Assembly (NCBI GenBank): GCA_036785375.1
Contig: JAWMAR010000077.1
Location: forward strand, 8,246,001 to 8,310,000
DNA length: 64,000 bases
Reading direction: 5' to 3'
Source: Leucoraja ocellata
Lineage: Eukaryota
Shown here: one piece after another, positions 53,478-64,000 of the stretch
Numbering within the stretch: the stretch's first letter is position 1
Layout of the letters: each line of letters starts with the position of its first letter
Notes under the pieces: generated by a model
Seen by the model: only the letters and a program-made list of their open reading frames with translations
Databases searched by the model: none
What the model was told of the DNA's origin: nothing
Program-made: the position numbers and the translations under genes

Positions 53478-53888
53478 GTAAATGATGAAAAGCTACTCAC
53501 ACAGCAAGTAGGTGTACAATATGTTCAGGTTAACATTTTCAATGGTGCGTTTTTGAATAACATGAACTCTTGAACATGTCACATTATTCATGACCTGCCA
53601 TCGAGACCATCTGATTTTCTGGATTGCGAATTGCCTTGAAATGACAAAGAAATATGTTCTGTCTCAAAAATGCACGATTAAACCCATGATAAAATTAGAG
53701 ATGTGGGTTGCATTATGGCTCAGGCGGTGAATTTACAACGTCAAAAAATTTTTTTTTTTCAGAAATACTAAATTCAAAGGCTTCTCAGTTGCATTTAATT
53801 GTAATATCAGCTTATAATTATGCATAATAATCAATTAAGTTTTCCAATTAAGTATGGGAAGAAGAAATGAATTGCTATCCATCCCTAA

Positions 53889-54114
53889 GGGGCCTGTCCC
53901 ACTTTCACAACCTAATTCACGACCTCTGCTGAGTTTGCCCTTGACTCGTACGCGCAGCATGGTTGTCACGAGGTTGTAGGAAGGTTGTAGCAGGCCGTGA
54001 TGCTAGCCTATGTACTCATGGCATCAAGTAGGTTGGGGAGTTTTTCTAGCATGATGAAACATGTCCACGAGTGAAAAAGGTTGTGAATTAGGTTGTGAAA
54101 ATGAGACAGGTCCT
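53889..54114. mobile_element. PIF/Harbinger-type MITE
   Basis: GGGGCCTGTCCCACTTTCACAACCTAATTCAC / GTGAATTAGGTTGTGAAAATGAGACAGGTCCT; TSD TAA/TAA. Confidence 0.82.
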
Positions 54115-55204
54115 TAACACAGATTGCATTTCTTAGCTATCAACATGTTTGTGTCCATGACTGCATTCAGAGATTAAATTATACTTTTTTGTAATGTCGG
54201 GGTGATTTCTGATTCTGCTCAATCCTCCTCTTCATCCACTGAAGTTACATTGTGTGATGTTGGCCCTGAGCTCATCCACTTTTTAAAATTCTAATCAAAG
54301 CTTAGGTTGATTTTAGATTTGACATGCCAAATATTGGGTGGAATTTTTATTGCATATGTCATAAATGCAATAGGTTTTTTATAACCCATTTTCCCAGTTA
54401 AGCAAGTTTCAATCTTGAAATTCTCACCCTTACTTTTAAATTCCTCCTTGGTCTAGACCCTGCCAGCTTCTGTTTTTTTTTTCAACAAGGTTCAGCAGAT
54501 TTCGAGATGCTATGCCAAGAATCTCCTTGTCTGAACTTTTTGAATATCCTCAGAATATATAAATATTTAATGCCTCTAAAGAAATTTATACATTTCAACT
54601 AATCCACATGTCCTCCTTCTAAATCTTATACAGTATAGGTGTTGATTTCTTCAGCTCTGCTTGTAGAAAAAACATCCACTCAGGAATCAATCCAGTAAAT
54701 CTTTTTTGCGGTTTATTGAACCAAGACCTGTACACAATTAACCAGCTTGAATTTCACCTGACCCAAGAAATTTCAGTGAGCTTTCCTGACTTATTCTCAA
54801 ATCGACTTGCAGGATGTTGAATGTTGTGTTTATTTCCTTAAACTACTTAAAACTCACCAGCAAGCTAACTTTCAGTGATTCGTGTACAAAAATACTCTTG
54901 AAAAACTTAAGCTTAAGCTTCAAACTTCAAGCTTAAATCCCGTATAAAGAAACCCCTATCAAATGCTGTTTCTACCCGTGGATGGTCCCACATTTTCTCC
55001 GTTTTTATCCCATCGGTTATTTCCTTCCTCATCCTCCCCCTATGCCTGAAGCCTCTTTGAATTCCACCTCTTTACATATCCCAGCAGCCTCATTGCTTGC
55101 CCCCCTCACAAATCAAACAGACAATCATATATATTACACAGTCCTTCATTCAAATTATTGTTACAGATTGTTAATAGCTGGTTCTGAGTATCAAATGCTT
55201 TATA

Positions 55205-56893
55205 CTCTCACTGCTCCCCCCCCCCCCTCTGTGATTCCTCCTTCCCTCCACAGCCTACTGTCTCTGCCTCTTCCTTTCTTTTTCCCGCCCCCCCCCACAT
55301 CTGTCTGAAGAAGGGTCTCGACCCGAAACGTCGCCTATTCCTTCGCTCCTTAGATGCTACCTCACCCGCTGTTTCTCCAGCATTTTTGTCTACCTTCGAT
55401 TTGTCCAGCATCTGCAGTTCTTTCTTAACCATTTTGTCCACTCCACTGCAAATCTCCTCAAGGTATGTCTACTTTGAAGAAGCTCTCCTCCTCTCTCCAA
55501 AGATAGTTTAGCATCCTCCTCTCTCACTGCCCCCCCCCCCCTGTGATTCCCCCTTCCCTCCACGTCGAACAATCATTGTTCGAGGCGTAACGTGGCCTTA
55601 TTCCTGAGCTCTACCTCCACTACATCGACGACTGCATTGGTGCTACCTCCTGCACCCATGCAGAACTCACTGACTTCATCCATTTCACCACTAACTTCCA
55701 TCTGGCACTCAAATTCACCTGGACCATTTCCGACATCTCCCTACCATTTCAAGAACTCACCATCTCCATCGCATGGAACAGACTACTGACCGACATCTAC
55801 TACAAACCCACTGACCCATGGCTATCTGGACTACATTCTTCCCACCCTGCTTCCTGTAAGGACTCTATCCCCTACTCCGAATTCCTCCATCTACGCCACA
55901 TCGGCACCCAGGATGAGATGTTCCACACCAGGGCATCGGAGATGTCCTCATTCTTAGAGAGTGGGGGCTCCACTCTTCGACTATAGATGAGGCTCTCACC
56001 AAGGTCTACTCTACATCCCGTAGCTCCGTTCTCATTCCCCAACTCCCCACTCATAACAAGGACATAGTTTCCCTCATCCTCGCCTTCCACCCTACCAGCC
56101 ATCACAGACAACAGATAATCCTTCGACATTTTCGCCATCTCCAACGGGATCCTACCACTGGCCACATCTTCCCATATCCTCCCATTTTGGCTTTCCGCAG
56201 AGACTGTTCCATGCGTAACTCCCTGGTCAATTCATCCCTTCTCACCCAAACCACCACCTCCCCTGGTATTTTCCCTTGCACCCGCAGGAAATGCTACACT
56301 TGTCGCTTTACCTCCCCCCAAGGACCCAAGCAACCTTTCCAGGTGAGGCAGAGGTTCACCTGCACCTCCTCCAACCTCATCTATTGCATCCGATGTTCTA
56401 GGTGTCAACTGCTCTACATCGATGAGACCAAGCGCAGGCTTGGTGATCACTTCGCCCAACATCTCCGCAGGATCGCAATAACCAACCTGATCTCCTGGTG
56501 GCTCAGCACTTCAACCCCCCCTCCCATTCCAAATCCAACCTTTCTGTCTTGGGCCTCCTCCATGACCAGAGTCGCACTGCAAATTGGAGGTGAAGCACCT
56601 CATATTTCGCTTGAGTAGTTTACACCCCAACGGTATGAACATTGACCTCCAATTTCAGATGGTCCTTTCTTTCGCCCTCCTTCCCCTCCCCTTCCCAGCT
56701 CTCCCACAGCCCACTGTCTCCGCCTCTTCGTTTCTTCTTCCAACCTCCCCCACCCCCACATCAGTCTGAGGAAGGGTCTCGACCCGAAACATCACCTATT
56801 TCCTTCGCGCCATAGATGCTGCTTCACCAGCTGAGTTTCTCCAGCACTTTTGTCTAGCTTCAATTTTCCCTGCATCTGCAGTTTTTTTTTAAA
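55205..56893 (+). mobile_element. Penelope-like element, 5'-truncated, with terminal direct repeats (pLTR)
   Basis: RT remnants (YIDDCIG, LKFTWTIS, DIYYKPTD). GIY-YIG endonuclease FTCTSSNLIYCIRCSRCQLLYIDETKRRLGDHFAQH. Repeated terminus at about 55250-55428 and 56705-56893. Confidence 0.87.
55305..55332 (+). ncRNA. Minimal hammerhead-ribozyme-like core in the Penelope terminal repeat
   Basis: CTGAAGA-A-GGGTC-TC-GACCC-GAAA-C-GTC: both conserved boxes, stem II, a palindromic ACGT stem III and a GUC site. Stem I is weak. Confidence 0.55.
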
Positions 56894-57084
56894 CAATCCC
56901 TAGTTGGTATTTTTTACTATTCTGCTTAGTCTCAAAAAACGCAGATGGATTTGTCTCACATAATTTCTCTCACATAAATCTATGTTGCCTCTTCCCGATC
57001 GTTTTATTATTTACTAAACACCCAATTACCACTTCCGTAATAATACATTTTATCTTTTCCCATGAAGTATTATAACAAGAGCAT

Positions 57085-57700
57085 GCTAATGGCATGTTGG
57101 CCTTGATAACGAAAGGAGTTGAGTATAATAGTAAAGAGGTCCTTCTGCAGTTATACAAGGCCCTGGTGAGACCACACCTGGAGTATTGTGTGCAGTTTTG
57201 GTCACCTAATTTGAGGAAAGAGATCCTTAGTATTGAGGCAGTGCAGCGTAGGTTCACAAGGTTAACCTCCGGGATGGCGGGACTGCCATTGGAGGAAAGA
57301 TTGGAAAGAAGGGACATATTCACTGGAATTTAGAAGGATGAGAGGGTATCTTATAGAAACATATAACATTATTAAAGGACTGGACAAGCTAGATGCAGGA
57401 AAAATGTTCCCGATGTTGGGGCAGACCAGAACCATGGGCCACAGTCTAAGAATAAAGGGGAGACCATTTAAAAAGAGAAAAAAAAAATTTCACCCAGAGA
57501 GTTGTGAGTTTGTGGAATTCTCTGCCACAGTAGACAGTCGAGGCCAATTCACTGGATACATTTAAAAGAGAGTTTGATAGAGCTCTCGGGGCTAGCGGAA
57601 TCAAGGAATATGGGGAGAAGGCAGACACGGTTTACTGATTGTGGATGATCAGCCATGATCATAATGAATGGCGGTGCTGGTTCGAAGGGCCAAATGGACC
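57085..57700 (+). mobile_element. CR1 3' fragment
   Basis: [21 protein letters not shown] and 3' UTR; lies tail-to-tail with the family B copy. Confidence 0.88.
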
Positions 57701-57706
57701 TTCTTT

Positions 57707-59205
57707 AACCATATAACCATATAACCATATAACAATTACAGCACAGAAACAGGCCATCTCGACCCTTCCAGTCCGTGCCAAACACGTATTCTCCCCTAGT
57801 CCCATACACCTGCGTTCAGACCATAACCCTCCATACCTTTCCCATCCATATAACTATCCAATTTATTTTTAAATGATAAAAATGAACCTGCCTCCACCAC
57901 CTTCACTGGAAGCTCATTCCACACAGCCACCACTCTCTGAGTAAAGAAGTTCCCCCTCATGTTACCCCTAAACATCTGTCCCTTAATTCTCAAGTCATGT
58001 CCCCTTGTTTGAATCTTCCCTACTCTCAGTGGGAAAAGCTTATCCACGTCAACTCTGTCTATCCCTCTCATCATTTTAAAAACCTCTATCAAGTCCCCCC
58101 TTAACCTTCTGCGCCCCAAAGAATAAAGCCCAGACTTGTTCAACCTTTCCCTGTAACTTAGTTGCTGAAACCCAGGCAACATTCTAGTAAATCTCCTCTG
58201 TACTCTCTCTATTTTGTTGACATCCTTCCTATAATTAGGCGACCAAAATTGTACACCATACTCCAAAATTGGCCTCACCCATGCCTTGTACAATTTTAAC
58301 ATTACATCCCAACTTCTATACTCAATGCTCTGATTTATAAAGGCCAGCACACCAAAAGCTTTCTTTACCAACCTATCTACATGAGATTCCACTTTCAGGG
58401 AACTGTGCACAGTTATTCCCAGATCCCTCTCTTCACCTGCATTCTTCAATTCCCTACCATTTACCATGTACGTCCTATTTTGATTTGTCCTGCCAAGATG
58501 TAGCAACTCACACTTATCAGCATTAAACTCCATCTGCCATCTTTCAGCCCACTCTTCCAACTGGCATAAATCTCTCTGTAGACTTTGAAAATCTACTTCA
58601 TTATCCACAACCCCACCTATCTTAGTATCATCTGCATACTTACTAATCCAATTTACCACACCATCATCCAGATCATTGATGTACATGACAAACAACAATG
58701 GACCCAACACCGATCCCTGTGGCACCCCACTAGTCACTGGCCTCCAACCTGACAAGCAACCATCCACCATTACTCTCTGGCATCTCCCATTCAGCCACTG
58801 TTGAATCCATCTTGCTATTCCTCCATTAATCCCCAACCATTGAACCTTCTTAACCAACCTTCCATGAGGAACCTTGTCAAAGGCCTTACTGAAGTCCATG
58901 TATACAACATCCACTGCTTTACCCTCATCAATTTCCCGAGTAACCTCTTCAAAAAATTCAAGAAGATTAGTCAAACATGACCTTCCAGGCACAAATCCAT
59001 GTTGACTGTTCCTAATCAGACCCTATTTATCCAGATGCTTATATATATTATCTCTAAGTATCCTTTTCATTAATTTGCCCACCACTGATGTCAAACTAAC
59101 AGGTCTATAATTGCTAGGTTTACTCTTAGACCCGTTTTTAAACAATGGAACAACATGCGCAGTACACCAATCCTCCGGCACTATTCCCGTTTCTAATGAC
59201 ATCTT
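57707..59205 (-). mobile_element. CR1 LINE (family B, HER1-like), 5'-truncated, with an uninterrupted RT/C-terminal ORF
   Basis: 398-aa ORF at 57796-58992 ([31 protein letters not shown]). (TTATATGG)n tail differs from family A. Confidence 0.93.
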
Positions 59206-59685
59206 TCTATGTAAGAATGAATGATTACATTTTTGTCAAGGTTGGATTCAACCCTAAACCTAAACCATCCTTCCTCCTTTCCTCACTTTCAACCATAAAA
59301 TTGTTTCTTAATGCAGCTATTTGACCAAGATTTTGATAATAAGCCAAATTTTGTATTGTGATCACCATTGATGAGGCTGTTCACAATCTGTTGTCTATCC
59401 CAAATTGCTTGGGGAAAGAAATGCAAGCTTTTAAGTTCCAAGTAGTATACCAGTATACTATAATAGTATAGTCTAGTGTTCAGCAGCCAGCTAAGCATTA
59501 CATAAAGAGATACTGCACCATAATTTTAAAATTACTACTTCCCACATTTTATTGCTTCAAACTAAAGGATTGTGGTAGTGGAAAGTGAACAAGTCAGTCA
59601 CGAAATGCGGGAAATCTGGTAATGTTCTTGAACATAAATAAATTTTGAAAACAAGTTTTGCATGATTAAATAATGATCAACACAC

Positions 59686-59974
59686 AGCGGTAGAGTTGCT
59701 GCCTTACCGCAAATGCTGCGCCGGAGACCCGGGTTCCATTCTGACTACGGGTGCTCTCTACGGATTTTGTGTGTTCTCCCCGTGACTTGCATGGGTTTTA
59801 GCCGAGATCTTCGGTTTCCTCCCACATTTCAAAGACGTACTGGTTTGTAGGTTAATTGGCATGGTAAATGTAAAAATTGTCCCAAGTGGGTGTAGGATAG
59901 TGTTAATGTTGCGCGGATCGCTGGTCGGCGCGGACCCGGTGGGCCAAACGGCCTGTTACCATGCTGTATCTCTA
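59686..59974 (+). mobile_element. HE1-like SINE
   Basis: Same family. Confidence 0.82.
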
Positions 59975-60424
59975 ATGGGAAAAAAAAGCAGAATAAATGA
60001 TGCATCGAAGGACATGCTGTCCTGCAATTTCTGACCATCTTATTAATGCTCTTTCAAGTTGAGGACTTGCCAATCTGTTTAATTTGACTGTATTTGAGTG
60101 TTTACTATCACATACTGTTATTCAATGTTATTTAACAAATTCAAGCCACATTTATGTTTGGTGATGAGTACTGGATCACATTGGAACATGATTCTGTCGT
60201 AAAAGTTCAATTCTGTGGTTTCTATCCGCATCAATGTATTTCTGAACATAATTTGAAAAGTTATGATATTTTGAAAGTCAAATAAATAGGAATGCTTGAC
60301 TAAAAAAAGGGAGCTGTTGTAGGCACTCAGCAGGGGTAGGCAGTATCCATGGAGGGATGTTGACATTTTGACATTTCAGGATGAGACCTTTCATCTGGAC
60401 TGAAAGAGTGGGGTGAAGATAACA

Positions 60425-61250
60425 AATGAATGAATATGAATGATTTTTTTTTATTGGCCAAGTATGTATACATACAAGGAATTTGCTGACAAACACGAAA
60501 TACAGCAGACAATTTAAAATAAAGCATTATAATTTAAACATGTGAAAATAAAGTACCATAGTAAAAAGAGGCTGCAGACCTTTGGCTGTTGAGTAGGGCT
60601 ACTGCTCGTGGGAAGAAGCTGTTTTTATGTCTGGCTGTGGCAGCTTTGATAATCCACAGTCGAGTCCCAGAGGGAAGTGCATCAAAGAGTTTGTGGCCAG
60701 GGTGAGAGGGGTCAGAGATGATCTTACCCGCTCGCTTTCAGGCCCTTGCAGTGTACAGTTCGTCAGTGCGGGGAAGGTTGCAGCCAATAGCTTTCTCGGC
60801 TAATCAAACAATGCACTGCAGCGTCCGGATGTCATGCTTGGTGGCTGAGCCAAACCACACCATGATGGAGAAGGTGAGGGCAGACTATATGATGGCAGTA
60901 TAAAATTGGACCATCATTGCCTGTGGCAGATTGCGTTTCCTCAGCTGCCGCAGGAAGTACATCCTCTGTTGGGCCTTTTTGACTGTGGAGTCGATGGTGT
61001 CCTCCCATTTAATGTCCTTGGAGATGATGGTTCCCAGGATCCTAAAAGACTCCACAATTGTGACTGTGGTGTTGTTGATGGTGAGTGGAGGGAGGGGAGC
61101 AGGAGCTCTATTAAAGTCGAAAATCAATTCCGCTGTTTAATGACCATTGAGCTCCTGGTTGTTGCGATTGCACCAGGATGCCACTGTGTCACTTCCTGTC
61201 TGTAGGCAGATTCTTCCCCATCCTGGATCAGTCTAATCAGGGTTGGGTTG
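60425..61250 (-). mobile_element. Rex1/Babar-type LINE 3' fragment
   Basis: TLIRLIQDGEESAYRQEV, VESFRILGTIIS...KKAQQRMYFLRQLRK; (TTCA)n tail. Confidence 0.82.
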
Positions 61251-62202
61251 TCCAGTACAATGTCCAGTACAAACTGTCCAAAGGTGTGGGGGAGGGATGG
61301 GACAAGCGCAAGCAGGCGATAGGTCGATAAAGGTGAGGAAGTCAAGATTGGAAGGTAAGAGTTGAATAAGGGTGGGAACGATTGAAATACCAACAGTCTA
61401 GGAGGTGATAAGGGAAGATAACAGAAAGGCTGCACATTCTGGATGGGATACATAGGTGTAAAGTGGTACCAAATCAGGAAGGATGGTGGCTGATAGGTAT
61501 AGCAGAGGGAGAGGAACGATGGACAATGGGGGGTTGGAGGGGAGCGAGTGGTAGGAATGCGTAGGTCATTGGTGGATGGGCTGGGTGGGGGTGGGGATAG
61601 ATACAGGGTGACCCCCCCCCCCCCCCCCCCCCCCCCCCAATACTCCCTATACAGTGCTGGGGGGTATTGTGGGAAGAAGGGTGTGTATGAGCAGACCTAC
61701 ATAGGAGAAGAGTGAAAGGAATAGAGGGGTTACAGGTCACCTGAGATTGTAGACTGCAGAGTTCATGCCCTTGTGTTGTAAACGTCCCAGACAGAATACA
61801 TTTATTGTGGCATTTCAGTCACTTATCCTTTGAATACTTTGTTATATCTGGTCCAACATTCACTTCAAAAAAAGAAAGTCAGGAACACTAATTCGACTGA
61901 GTTTTCTGAGGACATGAAAAAGATGATTGCAGGATATGCAGGGAATGGAGGTGGGCAGGTGAGATTAGTTTAGCTTGGAATTATGTTCGGCACAGACATC
62001 GAGGGCCAAAGGGCCTGTTTCTGTGCTGCAGTACTCTGTGTTCTATTATCCATGATTGATGAAAATAGGACAGTGGATGGTGTCTATGTGGACTATAGTG
62101 AAGCATCAAATATGCTCCTTCATGGGAGTCTGTCCAAGTCATTAAGCCACGTACAATCTATAGCGGGTTTGTAGATTGGCTAGGTCATGAAAAATCCAGA
62201 GT

Positions 62203-62498
62203 TAGAAACATAGAAACATAGAAATTAGGTGCAGGAGTAGGCCATTCGGCCCTTCGAGCCTGCACCGCCATTCAATATGATCATGGCTGATCATCCAACT
62301 CAGTATCCCGTACCTGCCTTCTCTCCATACCCCCTGATCCCCTTAGCCACAAGGGCCACATCTAACTCCCTCTTAAATATAACCAATGAACTGGCCTCAA
62401 CTACCCTCTGTGGCAGAGAGTTCCAGAGATTCACCACTCTCTATGTGAAAAAAATTCTTCTCATCTCGGTTTTAAAGGATTTCCCCCTTATCCTTAAG
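62203..62498 (-). mobile_element. Young CR1 family A 3' fragment inside an older CR1 relic
   Basis: Near-identical reverse complement of about 43720-44006. Confidence 0.9.
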
Positions 62499-62499
62499 A

Positions 62500-63535
62500 T
62501 ATAAACACACAATTTTTGTTGTGATAAGTTGTGATAGAGGTGTGTTTCTCTGACTTGGGGGCATCTATAACCAATGATCATTCACAAGGATCAGTGCAGG
62601 GACCTCTGTTGCTTGTAATGTATATTGATGATTTGGAACAAAATGTTTGTGGTCCGATTAGAAAGTATATAGATTACATGAAAATTGGTAGAGTTGTGGA
62701 CCACAAATGAGGCTATCAAAGTGTACAGCAGATTATAAATTAGTTGGATATCTTAGCTGCAGGTGGAGTTTAATCTTGACAAGTGTGAGATGTTGTATTT
62801 TGGAAGGACACATTCAAGAAGATGGTTATCAGTAAATTGTTGCACGAAGCCCCTGTCCCTCTTAGGAGACCTAAACATCAACCTCTGGTGACCTTGCCCG
62901 CCACCCAAGGTTTCCATGAGGTCACCGGAGGTTTTGGTCACTCTCCCTAATGGTCGAAAGTGGTTTCCGCAATGGTCTTGGGTTTATCTAGATTGCTGCT
63001 ATTTTTTCATCGTGTTTAAAACCGGCCTCGACTAAAAATAGGTTGCCGTTTTAAAAATCAATAATATTTTAGTCGCAGGTCCAGTCGAAGCCGGTTTTCT
63101 TCATAGTCGAGGAAGGTTTTCAACATATGCGTGGGAGGTGGTAGGAGGTTGCAAGTCACCTCAACCTTGATTTTTTTTTTGGGGTGGTGGGCAAGGTCAC
63201 CAGAGGTTCTGTTTAGGTATCCTAAGTGGGACAGGGGCTTAGGAGTGATATATAGAGGGACTTTGGGGTGCAAATCATCAGCTCCATGAAAGTGGCAACA
63301 TTATCAGGGTGTAAGGAAAGTATGCAGTATGCTTGCCTTCATCAAAGCATTGAGTATAAACGTTTGCAAGTCATGTAGTAGCTAAATTACTTTAGGAATG
63401 TCTCATTTGGATTATTTTGTCCAGTTCTGATCACCATTCTGTAGGAAGGATTTGAAAGCTCTGTCGAGTGTGCAGAAGTGGTTTACCAGGATGTGGTCTA
63501 GATTGGAGTGTAATAGCTAAAAGGATGGGTTAGCT
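62500..63535 (+). mobile_element. Old CR1 RT relic interrupted by a Harbinger-type MITE
   Basis: Decayed QGSVxGP, YIDDL and FNLDKCE-like sequence. Confidence 0.6.
62848..63239. mobile_element. PIF/Harbinger-type MITE
   Basis: AGCCCCTGTCCCTCTTAGGA / TCCTAAGTGGGACAGGGGCT; TSD not preserved. Confidence 0.72.
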
Positions 63536-63689
63536 TCACTCGTTATCATCTTGTCCACAGCCAACAATGGACCACTGTTGGCTCAACCTTTCCCTGATCA
63601 TCATTGTTGGCTTTGATTTGTCCTTTTGCATACCTTTCATTCTTTTTTTCTTTGTTCCTCTTCATAGCTTTAGTTTCCCTGTCCCCTGA

Positions 63690-63785
63690 CTCAGTCTGAA
63701 GAAGGGTCTCGACCCAAAATGTCACCTATTCCTTTTCTCCAGAGATACTGCCTGTCCGCTGAGTTAATCCTACATTTTGTGTCCA
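63690..63785 (+). mobile_element. Short Penelope-terminus unit
   Basis: tcagtctgaagaagggtctcgacccaaaatgtcacctattcc. Confidence 0.75.
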
Positions 63786-64000
63786 TTTTCTAGTGTAGAT
63801 GGGACATGTTGGTTGGCGTGGGTAACTTGGGCCAAAGGGCCTGTTTCCACACTCAATAACTCTCTCACTACATTGGTGTCATTTATTTGATAACCAATCT
63901 GTGAACTGCATCAGTAAGTTTTGCTAATGATGTAGTTATCTTGATTGTAATGCCCCATATATTCTGGGCTGTCCTAGATAACATTTGGTTTAGTGTAGCC

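Noticed and set aside
57796-58992. Intact RT ORF as a domesticated gene
   Set aside because: 5'-truncated LINE with an intact tail; young age explains the open frame.

Overview
This window is eukaryotic genomic DNA, not a prokaryotic locus. The repeat set (CR1 LINEs, HE1-type V-SINEs, Penelope, Rex1/Babar) suggests a cartilaginous fish such as a skate or ray; this is an inference. The window appears to lie inside long introns of a + strand CUB-and-Sushi multiple-domain gene, best match CSMD3. Two short coding exons missed by the ORF track (32630-32733 and 53365-53477) splice in frame into a CUB domain. Everything else I can identify is transposon-derived: two LTR-bounded but internally deleted Gypsy elements (9492-12816, CsRn1-like, +; 34255-37701, Mag-like, -, very young, nested in a CR1); many CR1 copies of two families; a decayed Penelope plus about 10 short Penelope-terminus units carrying a hammerhead-ribozyme-like core; six Harbinger-type MITEs with shared TIRs; a hAT MITE; Rex1/Babar and L2 fragments; tRNA-derived SINEs; simple repeats; and a 200-N gap. 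I found no clearly new protein-coding system. The best leads are the mobile hammerhead-motif units, the two deleted Gypsy elements, and long inverted CR1 pairs around the exons. Family names come from recognising motifs, not from database searches. Boundaries of decayed repeats are approximate.
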